64,000 nt of DNA from Lepidodermella squamata (lineage: Eukaryota > Animalia > Gastrotricha): contig JBLDXI010000023.1 in the NCBI GenBank assembly GCA_047495785.1, forward strand, positions 620,001 through 684,000. Direction: 5' to 3'. The notes under the pieces were generated by a model. That model was not told where the DNA came from and made no database searches. It saw nothing but the letters and a program-made list of their open reading frames with translations. Positions within the stretch are counted from its first letter, which is position 1. Every line of letters starts with the position of its first letter. The position numbers were made by a program, and so were the translations under genes. This document shows positions 63,307-64,000 of the stretch, piece after piece.

Positions 63307-64000
63307 TCAAGAAATCATTTTATTCAAGTAAAACGCAAAACAGCAGCAAACGATGAAGGTTGAGGCAACGCCCATTGCAATGTCAGCAATCCGAACGACG
63401 CGAATTTCAACGGATTTGAGTTCGATTATTTTAGCAGCAATCTTGGATGATGCAAACGAAGACACTACCAAAGAGTAGATCGTAATAATGACGCAAACAA
63501 CGAGTTTGACCACCACTATTTGAACAAGATAAACTTCTTCAGATGTTTTAGGGATGGTCGCAAACACTATTGTTAGAAGCACTGCCAGGGATAAAACGAC
63601 CGTCATGCCGAAAGTCGGCCGATCTGGGGCAGTTGGTTCGATGAAAAGGCCGAAAACTTGCAGGATGAACAACGCGATAACTGGTAGGAATATATTCGCA
63701 ACAAAGTAGTTGTATTTTCGTTTCAAGAAGAAATGCAGCTTGACGTTGCTCTGCCGATACCCGCCTGCACGTTGCACTACGGTCACTGTATAATTGAGAG
63801 GCTCTGCCACTTCCCAGATGTCAGTGTCACCAAGAAGTTCGGATGTGGGATCGATTAAAAAAGATATTGAACCAAAAACAATCGTCTCAACGCTTAGAAC
63901 GTTTTCGAATTCAATGTAGCAGTGCAAGGTGTCGAAAGGAAACCGGGTGAATCGAAAATCGTCACAGCTTGAAGTCACGGAAGCGTACGTCCAATAATAG
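63307..64000 (-). CDS. Divergent Cys-loop channel, last exon (5' part beyond the window); tandem paralog of 61506-62883
   Basis: SCDDFRFTRFPFDTLHC, LKRKYNYF, APDRPTFGMTVVL, IPKTS, M3 and M4. Confidence 0.9.
   Translation of the reverse strand, partial: YYWTYASVTSSCDDFRFTRFPFDTLHCYIEFENVLSVETIVFGSISFLIDPTSELLGDTDIWEVAEPLNYTVTVVQRAGGYRQSNVKLHFFLKRKYNYFVANIFLPVIALFILQVFGLFIEPTAPDRPTFGMTVVLSLAVLLTIVFATIPKTSEEVYLVQIVVVKLVVCVIITIYSLVVSSFASSKIAAKIIELKSVEIRVVRIADIAMGVASTFIVCCCFAFYLNKMIS

Overview
Eukaryotic genomic DNA from an invertebrate animal with GT-AG introns, many of them only about 50-60 bp; no prokaryotic features. Conserved genes: glutaminase (8 exons), an Rx/rax homeobox gene inside a CGCG- and TAAT-rich noncoding domain, and a KAT6/MOZ/enok-type MYST acetyltransferase whose introns hold transposon and gene debris. 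Lineage-variable content: two inverted paralogs of a long ankyrin-repeat gene plus two relics, four Cys-loop ligand-gated channel genes (three with an unusual PDRP pore-entry motif), and a dense 16-29 kb cluster of secreted or surface proteins (two GPI-type Cys-rich, one sushi-mucin receptor, one galaxin-like, one prohormone-like). Also five intact tRNAs, several tRNA relics and several MITEs. Best novelty candidates: (1) an ankyrin array with a signal peptide and a 3n+2 microexon at the same position in both paralogs that can only code if mutually exclusive with a 770-nt ankyrin exon; (2) two GPI-type ORFs separated only by a splice acceptor, suggesting an operon or shared leader; (3) the PDRP channels. 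All gene models were spliced by hand; there is no transcript evidence, and single indels could be assembly errors.
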